A stretch of DNA of 64,000 nucleotides from Squalus acanthias (taxonomy: Eukaryota), in assembly GCA_030390025.1 (NCBI GenBank), contig JASTWF010000033.1:2978001-3042000 (forward strand), in the 5' to 3' direction. Below, piece after piece: positions 1 through 13,771 of the stretch. How positions within the stretch are numbered: position 1 is the first letter of the stretch; each line of letters begins with the position of its first letter. The notes beneath the pieces are model-generated. The model had not been told where the DNA came from, ran no database searches, and was given only the letters and a program-made list of their open reading frames with translations. The translations under genes and the position numbers were made by a program.

Positions 1-3000
1 CAAGGCTGGCAGGCAGTGAGAGAGACATGAAATCAAGACAACATGCAGAATCGAAATAAAAAAAGAAAATGCTGGAAATACTCCGTAGGTTAGGCAGCAT
101 CAGTGGAGATACAGAGAAACAGAGTAAATGTTTCAGCTCGATGACCTTTCGTCAGAACCTTCCCAGAAACTGACAAAAGGTAATCGAGCTGAAACATTAA
201 CTCTGTTTCTCTCTCTCTCCACAGATGCTGCCTTACCTGCTGAGTATTTCCAGCATTTTCTGTTTTCATTTCAGATTTCCCACATCCAATGGATTTGCTT
301 TTGATGAAGAATAGAAAGCCTGTTTCGGTAGGCCGCAAAATGTAAAAATTAAATACTGAAAACTGTCTGTTTGCTTTTAAACTGCCAAACATAGCAGACT
401 GTGATTTGTTGCAATTTTGCAGGCTGGCTGTGTGTGTGTGTGTGTGTGACAGAGAGAGAGACAGACAGCAAAAGCTGGTGTGTATGCAGGGCTTGTCTGT
501 GTTCAAGTTATCTGCTGTGTGCATTGGTACTGCATCTCATGTCTGAAAGAAACAGAAAGTTTACTCCATTTGATCATATTGATTTAATTCCAGACTGCAC
601 TGTTGTGGTATCTTACTTTGCCTTTTTTCAAGTATTTTGTAAAAAAGCAATTCTACATATATACATCAAGCCATGTGATATTTTTCTGGACTGGACTTTA
701 TAGGGGAATGTTTGTGGAGTGTTTCATGGCACATCCTGCTGTGGGATCTTACTCTCCCCTTCAGAACAACCCAAACAAGACAAGACATTTGTTATAGCAA
801 AAGTATATATTATATTTTTTGATTGTTTTCAAATAATCCATTTGATTTTTTTCTGGACTTGTCTTTATTGGGGAATGTGCTTGGGATGTTTTCAGGGCAA
901 AAGCTGCTGTGGGATCTTTCCATTAATTGTATTACACTCCAAGCAAACCACAGACAGGCAGACATTTAATTAACAGAAGTAAAGTATATATTTTATTTAA
1001 TCCTGATTGTATTTACTTCTTTTCACCCTCCCGGGCTTTCATTTCCTCTCGGGGACCCGGATTTCTGGGGCCTCGGCTTCACTTCTTCCTGTTGGATTGT
1101 CCTCATCAAACATGGCCACTCAACCAGGAAGGGTATTCATCAAAAATAGACACTCCAGGCTGTACCCTTTCAAAATACATGTGTGTGTGTGAGTTTTTGC
1201 AAGTTACAGAGTCTGTGTGAGTGTATTTGTATGTAAGTGGGTGTCTGTGTGTCTGCAAATTGCAGAATCTGTGTGTGTCTGTGTGTCATGTCACAGTAAG
1301 TTTTAGTTCACTCTGGATGGGAGGGAGAGTGTGTGAGTGAGAGACAGACAGACAGATAGCCAGTGAGAGAGCGAGACATGAAATCAAAAGGCAAGATGCA
1401 GAATAGAAAGCCTGTTTCTATAGGCCACAAAGTGAAAAGATAAGATACAGAAAAGTGTATTTTTGGTTTTAATTTTACAACATGGCAGTCATCATTCTGC
1501 AGGCTGGTCAGGCTGTGAGAGTCTCTCTGTGTGTGTTTGTGTGTGACAGAGAGAGAGAGACAGAGAGAGGGCAAAATCTGGTGTTTGTGTGAGATGTGGT
1601 CTGCTGTCTTATTACCTGCTGTTGTTGTATTAAACCCTATTGATTTCATTCTGGCCTGGTCCACATGTAATGCTGTTGTGTATCACTTAATTGCACTTTA
1701 TTTCATTTCACATCGCTTCAAGACAGACAGTCAGTCAGTCAGATACTGAAAAATGTCTATGTGGACTGTCTGACAATAAAAGCTGCTCTGGGCTATTTGC
1801 ATTCTTTTTATTCCACACTACTAAATTCAAGACAAGGCAGACAGGCTGGCTGGCAGTGAGAGACACACATGAAATCAAGACAACATGCAGAATAGAAATA
1901 AAAACAGAAAATGCTGGAAATACTCAGCAGCTCAGGCGGCATCTGTGGAGAGCCAGAATCTGACAAAATGTAATCGAGCTGAAATATTAACTCTGTTCCT
2001 TTCTCTCTCCACAGATGCTGCCTTACCTGCTGAGTATTTCCAGCATTTTCTGTTTTGATTTCAGATTTCCCACATCCACAGCATTTGCTTTTGATGTAGA
2101 ATAGAAAGCCTGTTTCTGTAGGCCGCAAACTGAAAAGATAAAATACTGAAAACTGTTTGTTTTTAAACTGCCAAACAGAGCAGAGCTATGATAGAAATCA
2201 ACTTTCTTTCATTGCTGACAGTGATTTGTGGCAATTTTGCAGGCTGGCCTGTGTCTATATGTGTATGTGAGAGAGAGACAGACAGCAAAAGCTGGTGCGT
2301 ATGCAGGGCTTGTCTGTGTTCAAGTTATCTGCCGTGTTCATTGGTACTGCATCTCATGTCTGAAAAAAACAGAAAGTATACTCCATTAGATCATATTAAT
2401 TTAATGCCAGACTGCACTGTTGTGAGATCTTACTTTGCCTTTCTTTCAAAATTTATTCCTGATTGTTTTTACTGCTTTTCACCCTCCCGGGCTTTCACTT
2501 CCTCTCAGGGACCCGGATTTCTGGGGCCTCGGCTTCACCACTTCCTGTTTGATTGCCCTCAAACACACAGCCTGGAAGGGACATCATCAAAAATAGACAC
2601 TCCCAGGCTGCACCACTTTCAAAGTAATTGTGTGAGTGTGAGTTTCTGCAAATTGCAGAGTCTGTGTAAGTGAGTCTGTATGTGAGTGGGTTTCTGTGTG
2701 TCTGGAAATTGCAGAGTCTGTGTGAGTGTGTCTGTATGTGCATCAGTGTCTGTGTGTCTGCAAATTGCAGAGTCTGTGTGAGTGTTTCTGTATGTGCGTG
2801 GTTGTCTGTGTTTCTGCAAATTGCAGAATCTGTGTGAGTGTGTGTGTCATGTCACTCTAAGTTTTAGTTCACTGTGGATGGGAGGGAGAGTATGTGAGTG
2901 AGAGACAGACAGACAGATAGCCAGTGGGAGAGCGAGGCATGAAATCAAAATGCAAGATGCAGAATAGAAAGCCTGTTTTTTTAGGCCAAAAAGTGAAAAG

Positions 3001-4450
3001 ATAAGATGCAGAAAAGTGTATTTTTGGTTTTAATTTTCAAACATGGCCGTCATCATTCTGCAGGCCGGCCAGGCTGTGAGTGTGACTGTGAGAGAGAGAG
3101 AGAGAGAGAGAGGGCAAAAGCTGGTGTTTGTGTGAGATGTGGTCGGCTGTCTTATTATCTGCTGGTGTTGTATTAAACTCTATTGAATTAATTCTTGCCT
3201 GGTTCAAATATAATGCTGTTGTGTATCACTTTATTGCACTTTATTTCACTTCACTTTACTTCAAGACAGACAGTCAGTCAGTGAGATACTGAAAAATGTC
3301 TTTGTGGACTGTCTGACAGTAAAAGCTGCTCTGGGATCATTGCATTCTTTTTATTCCACATTACTCAAATCAAGACAGGGCAGACAGGCAATGAGCGAGA
3401 CACATGAAATTAAGACAACAGGCAGACTAGAAATCAAAACAGAAAATGCTGGAAATACTCAGCAGCTCAGGCGGCATCTGTGGAGAGAGGAAGAAACATA
3501 GTTAACGTTTCAGTTCGATGACCTCTCGTCAGAATCTGACGAAAGGTCATTGAGCTGAATTAACTCTGTTTCTCTCTCTCTCCACAGATGCTGCCTGACC
3601 TGCTGAGTATTTGCAGCATTTTCTGTTTTAATTTCAGATTTCCAGCATCCGCAGTATTTTGCTTTTGATGCAGAATAGAAAGCCTGTTTCTGTAGGCCTG
3701 AAAATGAAGAGATAAGATACTGGAAAGTGTTTTTTTACTTTTAAACTGCCAAACACAGCAGAGCAATGAGAGAAATCAACTTTCCTGCATTGCTGACAGT
3801 GTTGTGTGGCAATTTTGCAGACTGGCCTGTGTTTGTGTGTGTGTGTGTGTGTGAGAGAGAGACAGAGAGCAAAAGCTGGTGTGTATGCAGGGCTTGTCTG
3901 TGTTCAAATTATCTGCCATGTGCATTGGTACTGCATCTCTTGTCTGAAATAACAAAGTGTACACCATTAGATAATATTGATTTCATTCCAGACTGCACTG
4001 CTGTGGGATCTTACTTTGCCTTTCTTTCAAGACTTGTAAAAATCAAAGCTACATATATGCAACAAGCCATTTGATTTTTTTCTTGACTGGACTTTACCAT
4101 GGAATGTTTGTGGGATATGTCAGAGCATATCCTGCTGTTGGACCTTACTCTCCCTTTAATTCCAAACCCAACTAAGACAAGACAAGACTTTTGTAAAAAC
4201 AAAGTATATATATATTATATTTATTTAATTATTATTTTCAGAATAATCCATTTGATGTTTTTCTGGACTGGGCTCTATTGGGGAATGTTTGTCGAGTGTT
4301 TTCAGAGCAAAAGCTGCTGTGGAATCTTTCCATTCATTTTATTCCAGTCCACTCAAATCACAGAATGCAGACATTTCATTTACAGAAGTAAAGTGCATAT
4401 GTTATTATTATTATTTATTCTTGATTTTATTTGCTTCTTTTCACCCTCCC
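1..4450. repeat. Degenerate tandem duplication, three copies of a ~1.5-1.85 kb unit (starts ~1, ~1843, ~3376)
   Basis: The blocks 'cagtgagagagacatgaaatcaagacaac', 'aaaagctggtgtgtatgcagggcttgtctgtgttcaa' and 'ccagactgcactg' recur in the same order three times. Confidence 0.85.
57..303. mobile_element. Palindromic head-to-head Penelope-terminal-like/SINE-like insert (copies at ~1899-2092 and ~3435-3667)
   Basis: 'gaaaatgctggaaatactc...gcagcatc' is followed by its reverse complement 'gatgctgcc...gagtatttccagcattttc'. The same motif terminates the Penelope-like fragments at ~33505 and ~47130-47210. Confidence 0.65.
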
Positions 4451-4754
4451 TCCATGCCCATCTCCTGGGGCGTCAATCAGCCCCTCCATGCATTTCACCC
4501 CCTCCAATCCCCCAGCCCCTTTGGGTCCTGAGCTCCACACTCACTCACTCACACACAGGAGCCGAGCTGGCGATCTGCAGCCACCATTCCTTCCTTCCTT
4601 CCTCCCTGCAGCATGTGCTGCCTGCCTGGGTATGTGTGAGCAGCAGCGCAGCCTGTGAGCGGATCCAGACAATGGCACAAAGCAGCGGGGCGGGACTCCA
4701 TCCTGCAACACAAGTGGAGCCCATTTAAAATCACAGTCCACCGCAAAGCGCAAT

Positions 4755-5815
4755 TATACTGCAAAGTGCTATTATATTGCAAAGTGCTATTTCATGGCAA
4801 AGGACTATTATATTGCAAAGGACTATTATATTGCAAAGTGCTATTTCATGGCAAAGGACTATTATATTGCAAAGGAGTATTATATTGCAAAGTACTATTC
4901 CATTGCAAAGGACTATTATATTGCAAAGTGCTATTTCATGGCAAAGGACTATTATATTGCAAAGTGCTATTTCATGGCAAAGGACTATTATATTGCAAAG
5001 GAGTATTATATTGCAAAGTGCTATTCCATTGCAAAGGACTATTATATTGCAAAGTGCTATTTCATGGCAAAGGACTAATCCATTGCAAGTTGCTATTCCA
5101 TTGCAAAGGGCTATTATATTGCAACGTGCTATTCAATTGCAAAGGGCTATTATATTGCAAAGTGCTATTTCATGGCAAAGGACTATTATATTGCAAAGTG
5201 CTATTTCATGGCAAAGGACTATTATATTGCAAAGGAGTATTATATTGCAAAGTGCTATTCCATTGCAAAGGACTATTAAATTGCAAAGTGCTATTTCATG
5301 GCAAAGGACTATTATATTGCAAAGGACTATTATATTGCAAAGTGCTATTCCATTGCAAAGGACTATTATATTGCAAAGTGCTATTTCATGGCAAAGGACT
5401 AATCCATTGCAAGTTGCTATTCCATTGCAAAGGGTATTATATTGCAACGTGCTATTCAATTGCAAAGGGCTATTATATTGCAAAGTGCTATTCAATTGCA
5501 AAGGACTATTATATTGCAAAGTACTATTCCATTGCAAAGGACTATTATATTGCAAAGGAGTATTACATTGCAAAGTGCTATTCCATTGCAAAGGACTATT
5601 ATATTGCAAAGTGCTATTTCATGGCAAAGGACTATTCCATTGCAAGTTGCTATTCCATTGCAAAGGGCTATTATATTGCAAAGTGCTATTCCATTGCAAA
5701 GGACTATTATATTGCAAAGGAGTATTACATTGCAAAGTGCTATTCCATTGCAAAGGACTATTATATTGAAAAGATCTATTCCATTGTAAAGTGCTATTCC
5801 ATTGCAAAGGACAAT
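4755..5815. repeat. 18-bp minisatellite (ctattatattgcaaagga / ctattccattgcaaagtg)
   Basis: Clear 18-bp periodicity with a TTGCAA core. Confidence 0.95.
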
Positions 5816-6438
5816 AATAAAATTGTATAAATTTACCGCATAGAAGGAGGCCATTCGGCCCGTCGGGCCCATGCCAGCACTCTGCAAGAGAGCTTCAACT
5901 AGACCCACTCCCCTTCCCTGTCCCCGTAGACCTGATAATTTTACTTCACGTACTTATCCAATTCCCTTTTGAAAGCTGTGATTGAATCTGCCTCCACCAC
6001 CTTTTCAGCAATGGCATTCCAGATCATAACCACTCGTTGCATCATTTTTTTTTCCAAATGTCGTCTTTGGTTCTTCTGCCAATCACCTTAAAGCTGTGTC
6101 CTCTGGTTCACGACCCTTCCGCCAATGGGAACAGTTTTGCTCTCTTTACTCTGACGATACACCTCATCATTTTGAACACATCTATCAAATCGTCTCTCAA
6201 ACTTCACTGCCTTAAGGAGAACAACCTCAGCTTCTCCAGTCTATCCATGTAACTGAAGTCCCTCATATCTGGAACCATTCTTGTAATCTTTTCAGCATCC
6301 TCACTGAGGTCTTCACATCCTTCCTAAAGTGCGGTGCCATGAATTGGACGCAATGCTGCAGTTGAGACCGAAATACTGTTTTGTAAAGGTTCATCATAAC
6401 TTCCGTGCTTTTCTACTCTCTGCCTCTATTTATGAAGC

Positions 6439-7091
6439 GGAGATGACCGCGCAACAATCGCCAGGCAGGATTGTTACCTCCCAGTCGGGGAACACTTCAG
6501 CAGTCAAGGACATTCAGCCTCGGATCTGCGGGTAAGCGTTCTCCAAGGCAACCTTAGAAACACACGACAACGCAAAATCATCGAGCAGAAACTGATAGCC
6601 AAGTTCCGCACTCATGAAGATGGTCTCAATCGGGATCTTGGGTTTATGTCACGATACATGACGTGATCCGGACTCGAGTCGTCGTTAGCTTGTTCACAGA
6701 TGTGATTCCCAGTAAAAAAGTAAAAATTTTCCCAGTAAAAAAGTAATTTTTTTTTAAAGCTTTTCGTTTTACATACAGACGGCAGCTTTTGACACGTTGG
6801 AACCCCTGCGACTACACCTCATTGTCTCAGTTGTATCTTGCTATGTCTTTTGATGTGGTACCTTCCTGGCTGACTTAATTAACTTTATCACACCTCGGCA
6901 GATAGTCAGGATGATTTAATTTATTGGTCTGCAATTGTAAAGTACACATGCTTTTTTTTCCATCTATATATGCTCTGGCGATTCTGTATCCAATTTACTT
7001 CACCTGAGGAAGGAGCGATAGCTCCGAAAGCTTGTGATTTCAAATAAAACTGTTGGACTATAACCTGGTGTTGTGCGACCTCTCAATTTTG
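6439..7091 (+). mobile_element. 5'-truncated Penelope-like element (GIY-YIG C-terminal region plus terminal repeat) with 14-bp TSD
   Basis: TCTATTTATGAAGC is duplicated at 6425-6438 and 7092-7105. The insert encodes PVGEHFSSQGHSASDLRVSVLQ, and its inverse homolog lies at 35410-35960. Confidence 0.85.
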
Positions 7092-7523
7092 TCTATTTAT
7101 GAAGCCCAGGATCCTGCTTTCTCAGCCTACCCTGCCACCTTCAACGATTTGTGCACATATACCCCCAGGATGCTCTGATCATGCACCCCCTTCAGAATGG
7201 CACCCTTTAGTTTATATTGCCTCTTTTCATTCTTCCTACCGAAATGTATCATTCGCACGTTTCTGCATTAAATTTCATCTGCCAGGTGTCCAGCGATTCA
7301 GTCAGCCTGTCTATGTCTTCTTGAAGTCTATCATTATCCTCCTCACTGTTCACTATACGTCCAAGTTTTGTTTCATCTGTAAATTTTGAAATTGTGCCCT
7401 GTATACCCAAGTCCAAGTCATTAATATATATCAAGTAAAGCAGTGGTCCTGGTGCCAGCCCCTGGGGACCACCACTGCATACTATCCTCCATTCTGAAAA
7501 ACAGCCGCTCACCACTTCTCTCT

Positions 7524-8288
7524 GGGCCAGAAATTCGGCTCTCCGGCTTCCTGTAGGGGCAAGCATCGCGCGCGTACTTACCTACCATGCCTGCCGTTGA
7601 GCTTCGGGCCCACGAGGACTTCGGGTCCTGGGCCTCCTGTAGCTGCCGGCGTGCAGTGCTCGCATATCCCAGGGGCGCAGTTAGTTCGAAGCGTCCCCTG
7701 GGATCACGTGGGCCATGGAGAGCCAATCCTAGCAGGGCATTTTCATTCATAGATTTGACAGGAAGACCTGTCAAATCTATGAATAGAGATCGGCCCCAAA
7801 ACCTTACTAAAACTTCAAATAAATTTAAAAAAATACATCACATTTTTTAAATAACTATAAATTACGTAAATTAACTACTTTAAACAAAAGTTTAAATTTT
7901 TGAAAAAGTTAATTACACTTTTTAACGGTGCTAAAAATAAACTTTCCTTTCTTTAAAGTATGTAAAAAACATAAACCTGTTGAAAACATGTTTAAATTGT
8001 ACTTAATTAACCACTTACCTTGTTTAAAACAGGCCTTGCGCCTCCTTTTTAAAATGTGCAGCTTTTCCATACTTACCCTCATGGAGAAAGCAGAAAAAAA
8101 ACCGAAGGACTCTGCGTGCGCGCTGCCTCTCCTGCGCACGCATTCGACTTCTGAACCCCTTCCTTCAGGGGAACAGAAGTTCCGGTTTCTGGTGCATGCA
8201 CAGTGCATGCGTGAAACCGGCACTTCAGGTGGCCTTACGGGTGAGTACACAGTGCGTACTCACCCGTGGAGAGCCGAATTTCTGGCCC
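7524..8288. mobile_element. Non-autonomous DNA transposon (MITE), PIF/Harbinger-like termini
   Basis: Perfect 21-bp TIRs GGGCCAGAAATTCGGCTCTCC (7524-7544; 8268-8288) with a 3-bp TSD TCT; CR1 sequence resumes on both sides. Confidence 0.85.
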
Positions 8289-9859
8289 TCTGTTTACTGT
8301 CACATAGCCAATTTCGTGCCATGCTGCCACTGTCCCTTTTATTCCATGGGCTTCAACTTTTCTGGCGATCCTATTATCTGGCACTTTATCAAACGCCTTT
8401 TTGAAGTCCATGTACACCACATCAACCGCATTGCCCTCATCAACACTCTCTGTTACCTCATCAAAAAACTACTCAAGTTAGTTAAACATGATTTGCCTTT
8501 GACAAATCCGTGCAGGCTTTCCATAGTGAATCCACACTTGTCCAAGTGACTGTTACTTATGTCCCGGATTATCGTTTCTAAAAGCTTCCCCACTATCTGG
8601 GTTAAACTGGCTGGTCTGTGGTTGCTGGGTTTATCCTTCCAGCCTTTTTTTGAACAAGGGTATACCATTTGCAATTCTCCTTTCCTCTGGCATCACCCCT
8701 GTATCTAAAGAGGATTGGAAGATTATGGCCAGTATCTCCGCAATTTCCACCATTACCAACCTCAGTATCCTAGAATGCATCCCATCCAGTCCTGGTGACT
8801 TATCTACTTTAAGTTCTGCCAGCCATTCTACTACCTCCTCTTTACCTATTTTTATCCCATCCAGTATCTCATCTACCTCCTCATTTATTATGACTTTGGC
8901 AGCATTCCTTCCTTGGTAAAGACAGATGCACATTATTCATTTAGCAACTCAGCCATGCCCTCTGCTTCCATGCGTAGGTCTCCCTTTTGGTCCCTAAACG
9001 GTCCTACCCCTCCTCTTACTACCCGTTTATTATTTATATGCATATACAAGACTTTTGGATTGCATTTTATGTTAGCTGTCAGTCTATTCTCCTGCTCTCT
9101 TTTCCCCTCTTATTTCCTTTTTTCACTTCAACTCTGAACTTTCTATATTCAGCCTGGTTCTTACTTGTATTCTCAACCAGACATCTGTCATACTCCCCCT
9201 TTTCCTCCTTCATCTTATTCTCCATCTCTTTCATCATCCAGGGAGCTCTGGCTTTTGTTGCCCTACCGTACCCCCTTGTGGGAAAGTACCTCGGCAGTAC
9301 CCAACCCATCTCCTCTTTAAAGGCAGCCCCTTGTTCAATTACAGTTTTGCCTGCCAATCTTTGATTCCAAATTACCCAGGCGAGATCAGTTCTCAAACCA
9401 CTGAAATTGGCCTTCCTCCAATTTAGTATTTGTACTCTAGATTGCTCCCTGTCCTTTTTTAATAGCTAATCTAAACCTTATGATTCTATGATCACTGTTC
9501 CCTAAATGTTCCCCTACAGAAATTGCTCCACTTGACCCACCTCATCCCCCAGAAGCAGATTTAGCAATCTCCCCTTCCTCGTTGGGCCGGAAAGATACTA
9601 ATCAAGAAAGTTCTCCTGAATACACTTCAGAAATTGGTTCCCCTCTCTGCCCTTTACACGATTTCTATCCCAGTATATATTAGGATATTGGAAGACCTCT
9701 TTTTCCGTCCTCTATTTCTAATTGAAAACTTACCGTGTACCTCTTTCTTCCCTTATTCTCTATTTCCAAATAAACAGTCACTGTGTTCCGCTAAATTTCC
9801 AAGTCCTCTATTTCTATTTAAACAGTTGTTAAGTTCCCCATAATCGTCCTGTCCGCTAT

Positions 9860-10535
9860 ATCTAACTAAACAGTAACCGTGTTCCCCTTACTCCCCCTGT
9901 TCACTGTTTCTAATTAAACAGTTACCGTGTTCCCCATTACTCCCCCTGTTCACTGTTTCTAATTAAACAGTTACCGTGTTCCCCATTACTCCCCCTGTTC
10001 ACTGTTTCTAATTAAACAGTTACCGTGTTCCCCATTACTCCCCCTGTTCACTGTTTCTAATTAAACAGTTACCGTGTTCCCCATTACTCCCCCTGTTCAC
10101 TGTTTCTAATTAAACAGTTACCGTGTTCCCCATTACTCCCCCTGTTCACTGTTTCTAATTAAACTGTTACTGTGTTCCCCTTACTTCCTCTGTTCTCTGT
10201 TTCTAATTAAACAGTTACTGTGTTCCCCTTACTTCCCCTGTTCACTGTTTCTAATTAAACAGTTACCGTGTTCCCCTTACTTCCCCTGTTCACTGTTTCT
10301 AATTAAACAGTTACCGTGTTCCCCTTACTCCCCCTGTTCACTGTTTCTAATTAAACAGTTACTGTGCTCCCCTTACTCCCCCTGTTCACTGTTTCTAATT
10401 AAACTGTTACCGTGTTCCCCTTACTCTCTCTGTTCACTGTTTCTAATTAAACAGTTACTGTGTTCCCCTTACTTCCCCTGTTCACTGTTTCTAATTAAAC
10501 AGTTAATGTGTTCCCCTTACTTCCCCTGTTCTCAG
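9860..10535. repeat. 49-bp tandem repeat (taattaaacagttaccgtgttccccattactccccctgttcactgtttc), ~13 copies, degenerate copies from ~9700
   Basis: Direct 49-bp periodicity (9911, 9960, ...). Confidence 0.95.
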
Positions 10536-10536
10536 T

Positions 10537-12163
10537 TTCATAGAAGCATAGAAAATAGGAGCAGGAGTAGGCCATTCGGCCGCTCGTGCCTGCTCCGCCA
10601 TTTAATGAGATCATGGCTGATCATCCAAATTCAATACCCTGTCCCTGCTTTCTCCCCATATCCCTTGATTCCTTTAGCCTTAAGAAATATATCGAGCTCC
10701 TTCTTGAATATATTTAATGAATTGACTTCTACTACCTTCTGTGGTAGAGAATTCCACAGGTTCACCACTCTCTGGAGGAAGAAATTCCTCCTCATCTCAG
10801 TCCTAAATGGCTTACCCCTTATCCAGAGTCTGTGACCTCTGGTTCTGGACTCCCCCGCCATCGGGAACATCCATTCTTGCATCTAGACTGTCTAGTCCTG
10901 TTAGAATGTTATAAGTTTCAATGAGATCCCCTCTCATTCTCTAAACTCTAGCTAATATAAGCCTAATCGACCCAATCTCTCCTCATATGTCATTCCTGCC
11001 AACCCAGGTATCAGTCTGGTAAATCCTCGCTGCTCTCCCTCCATGGCAAGAACATACTTCCTCAGATAAGGCGACCAAAACTGCACACAATACTCAAGGT
11101 ATGGTCTCACCAAGGCCCTGTACAACTGCAGCAAGACATCCTTGTTCCTGTACTCGAATCGTCTCGCTATGAAGGCCAACATATCATTTGCCTTCTTAAC
11201 CGCCTGCTGCACCTGCATGCTTACCTTCAGCGACTGGTGCACAAGGACTCCCAGGTCTCGTTGCACTTCCCCTTTTCCCAATCTATTGCCGTTCAGATAA
11301 TAATCTGCCTTCCTGTTTTTGCCACTGAAGTGGATAACCTCGCATTTATCCACATTTTACTGCATTTGCCATGCATCTGCCCAATCACCAAACCAGTCCA
11401 AATCATACTGGAGTTTCTCTGCATCCTCCTCAAAGCACACACACCCACCCAGCTTTATGTCGTCTACGAACTTGGAGATATTACAACTAGTTCCCTCGTC
11501 TAGATCATTTGTATATGTTGTGAATAGCTGGGGTCCTAGCACCGATCCCTGTGGTACCCCACTAGTCACTGCCTGCCACTCGGAAAAAGACCCGTTTATT
11601 CCAACTCTTTGCTTCCTGTCTGCCAATCAGTTTTCGATCCAAGGCAGTACCTTACCCCCAATCCCATTTGCTTTAAATTTGCTTGCTAATCTCTTATGCG
11701 GGACCTTATCGAAATCCTTCTTAAATTCAAAATACACCACATCCACTGGTTCTCCCTTATCTATTCTACCAGTTACATCCTCAAAAAATTTCAGTAGATT
11801 AGTCAAGCATGATTTACCTTTTGTAAATTCATGTTGAATTTGTCCTTTCCTGTCACTGTTTTCCAAGTGCTCTGCTATTACATCTTTTATAATGGACTCT
11901 AGCTTTTTTCCCACTACCCATGTCAGACTTACCGGTCCATAATTCCCCATTTTTTCTCGACCACCTTTTTTAAATAGTGTGGTTACATAAGCTTCTTCCA
12001 ATGCATGGGAACTGTTCCAGTGTCGATAGAATTTTGGAAGATGACCAGCAATGCATCTACTATTTCTTGGGCCACTTCCTTACATGCCCTAGGATGTAGA
12101 TTATCAGGCCCTGGGAATTTATCGGCCTTCAATCCCATCAATTTCCCTAACACCATTTCCCTA
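10537..12163 (-). mobile_element. CR1-type LINE 3' portion, cut by the ERV-A LTR
   Basis: RT peptides SGVPQGSVLGPQLF and LEYCVQFWSPY; 3' tail 'catagaagcatagaaaataggagcaggagtaggcc'. Confidence 0.9.
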
Positions 12164-13196
12164 TGTAAGTGGTTTTTGATCCTGGCCCAACAGCTAGACT
12201 GACGGTTCGAATCGCCCCCGCCTTACGATAGTTCTATACCCGGGAATTATTATTTAGAGTGTAAATGAAATAAGTCACGGACAGGAATGCTTCAGTGAAA
12301 AATCAAACTTATATTTATTTGGTCTAACATACACTGGCTAAAACGTGCACTACTAAACGAAATCACTGTCTCTGTGGAGAATAAAATCCAGGTTACAAAC
12401 AACATACATACAGTACAAAACTGGGGACTATGACAAGCAGTAATTCCCTTGTTGCTATGTTGGACTCTAATTCCAACACTAACAACGAATTACCCTTTCG
12501 CATAAGCACCTTGGCCTGGCTGAACCAAACAAAGCTCCCACCCTCGGAATAGCCCAAAAGCTTCACTTCTGAGAAACTCTGATCCCTCTGGTTACGGGCT
12601 TGGGTCACTCGAGATCATGCTTACCCCCACACGCAGTCCGTCTCGATCGCTCCGCTTAGCTGCTTCTTCCTCTGGTACTTCTTGTTAGGTAGATCTTGTT
12701 GGGGCGAGAGCGAGACAGAGAGAGAGAGAGATGGTGGGAAAGGATCTATCTTTATTGGAGTCTTGCTACCCCTATCATTCCCGTCAATCTTTAAAATCCT
12801 TTTGTTTCGAAGCACTCCAGTGCTGAATCAGTAATTGGTCATCCTCAGACCCATGTGTACTCCGTGTTTGTGCTAATGGCCCTAATTCTGGGACATAATT
12901 CGGTCTTTGTGTTGGGAAAAACTGGCTCCTCTCCGGCTGGCTAGGCCAGTGGGTTCATTGTTCTGCTTCTCTTCTGAGATGGAGGTGAGAAGTGCCTTTG
13001 CATATTCTGGATGACTGACAGTTCTTTCGTCACAGCCAACTGCCATGCATTCTCTGGAGTTTTAACAAACCACTTTTTCACATATCTGCCCAGGTGAGCC
13101 CATCACAGGGAAAATATCCTCAGAAAAATCCCATAATATCCACAAAATATTCTCGACTGAGTCCATTCTTCAAACAGAGACTTTGCGATCTCTTCA
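12164..13196 (-). repeat. ERV-A 3' LTR
   Basis: tgtaagtggtttttgatcc...ctttgcgatctcttca, collinear with 22297-23325. Confidence 0.92.
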
Positions 13197-13469
13197 GTCC
13201 CCCGTTTGATGTTTGTCTTTCCACAAAGCATCACTCGACGAGAGAGCAAAGGCCAAAGTCTCCCACAAGTGAAGCTGTTTCTCTGATTTTACATTTTAAA
13301 CCCCAGAACTGCACCCCTTACCGCGCGTCATAGTTCCGTTCTACCGAGTCAAAACATCAGCGAAACGGCTTCTGAACACATTCAAATGGCTGGGTTCCAA
13401 TTCCCACCGACAAACTTCAAGTCAAAATACAGAACATTAATAAGATCCACAGGAGGTTACCAAAAAGTC

Positions 13470-13660
13470 ACCGCGCACATCACACAGTACAGCATTGACA
13501 GGTGGTAACACATTACAATAACACAATCGTGCACATCACACAGTACAGCATTGACAGGTGGTAACACATTACAAAAATACAACCGCGCACATCACACAGT
13601 ACAGCATTGACAGGTGGTAACACATTACAAAAATACAACATCGCACATCACACAATACAG
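13470..13660. repeat. ~55-bp tandem repeat (3-4 copies) in the ERV-A 3' UTR
   Basis: 'gcacatcacacagtacagcattgacaggtggtaacacattacaa' is repeated. Confidence 0.85.
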
Positions 13661-13771
13661 AGTGTAAAGCTATAACCAGAATACTATACACTTGCTTACA
13701 GAACCTTGGTACATTACAAGTTTTTGCAGGGAGAAACCGTCATCAACATAAATCAATGACACCTTTCCGGA

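Larger units (their letters stand above)
5830..9700 (-). mobile_element. CR1-type LINE, degraded ORF2, interrupted by a Penelope-like insert and a MITE
   Basis: Minus-strand peptides GGPQGLAPGPLLYLIYINDLD, YMDFKKAFDKVP and KVDKSPGLDGMH; CR1 3' tail 'catagaaggaggccattcggccc' at ~5839. Confidence 0.9.

Noticed and set aside
1020..1135. GC-rich block (also ~2480-2560) that could be a terminal exon on the minus strand (..EAEAPEIRVPERK*)
   Set aside because: No recognisable domain or convincing splice structure; not supportable without transcripts.
4099..4728. 209-aa ORF
   Set aside because: It spans the duplicated non-coding unit, is low in complexity, and has no recognisable motif.
4655..5830. 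391-aa and 330-aa Cys/Tyr/Lys-rich ORFs
   Set aside because: They are translations of an 18-bp repeat that is open in several frames, with frame switches at indels and no gene context.
9860..10535. Regular repeats resembling a CRISPR array
   Set aside because: The units are head-to-tail with no unique spacers, there are no cas genes, and the context is eukaryotic.
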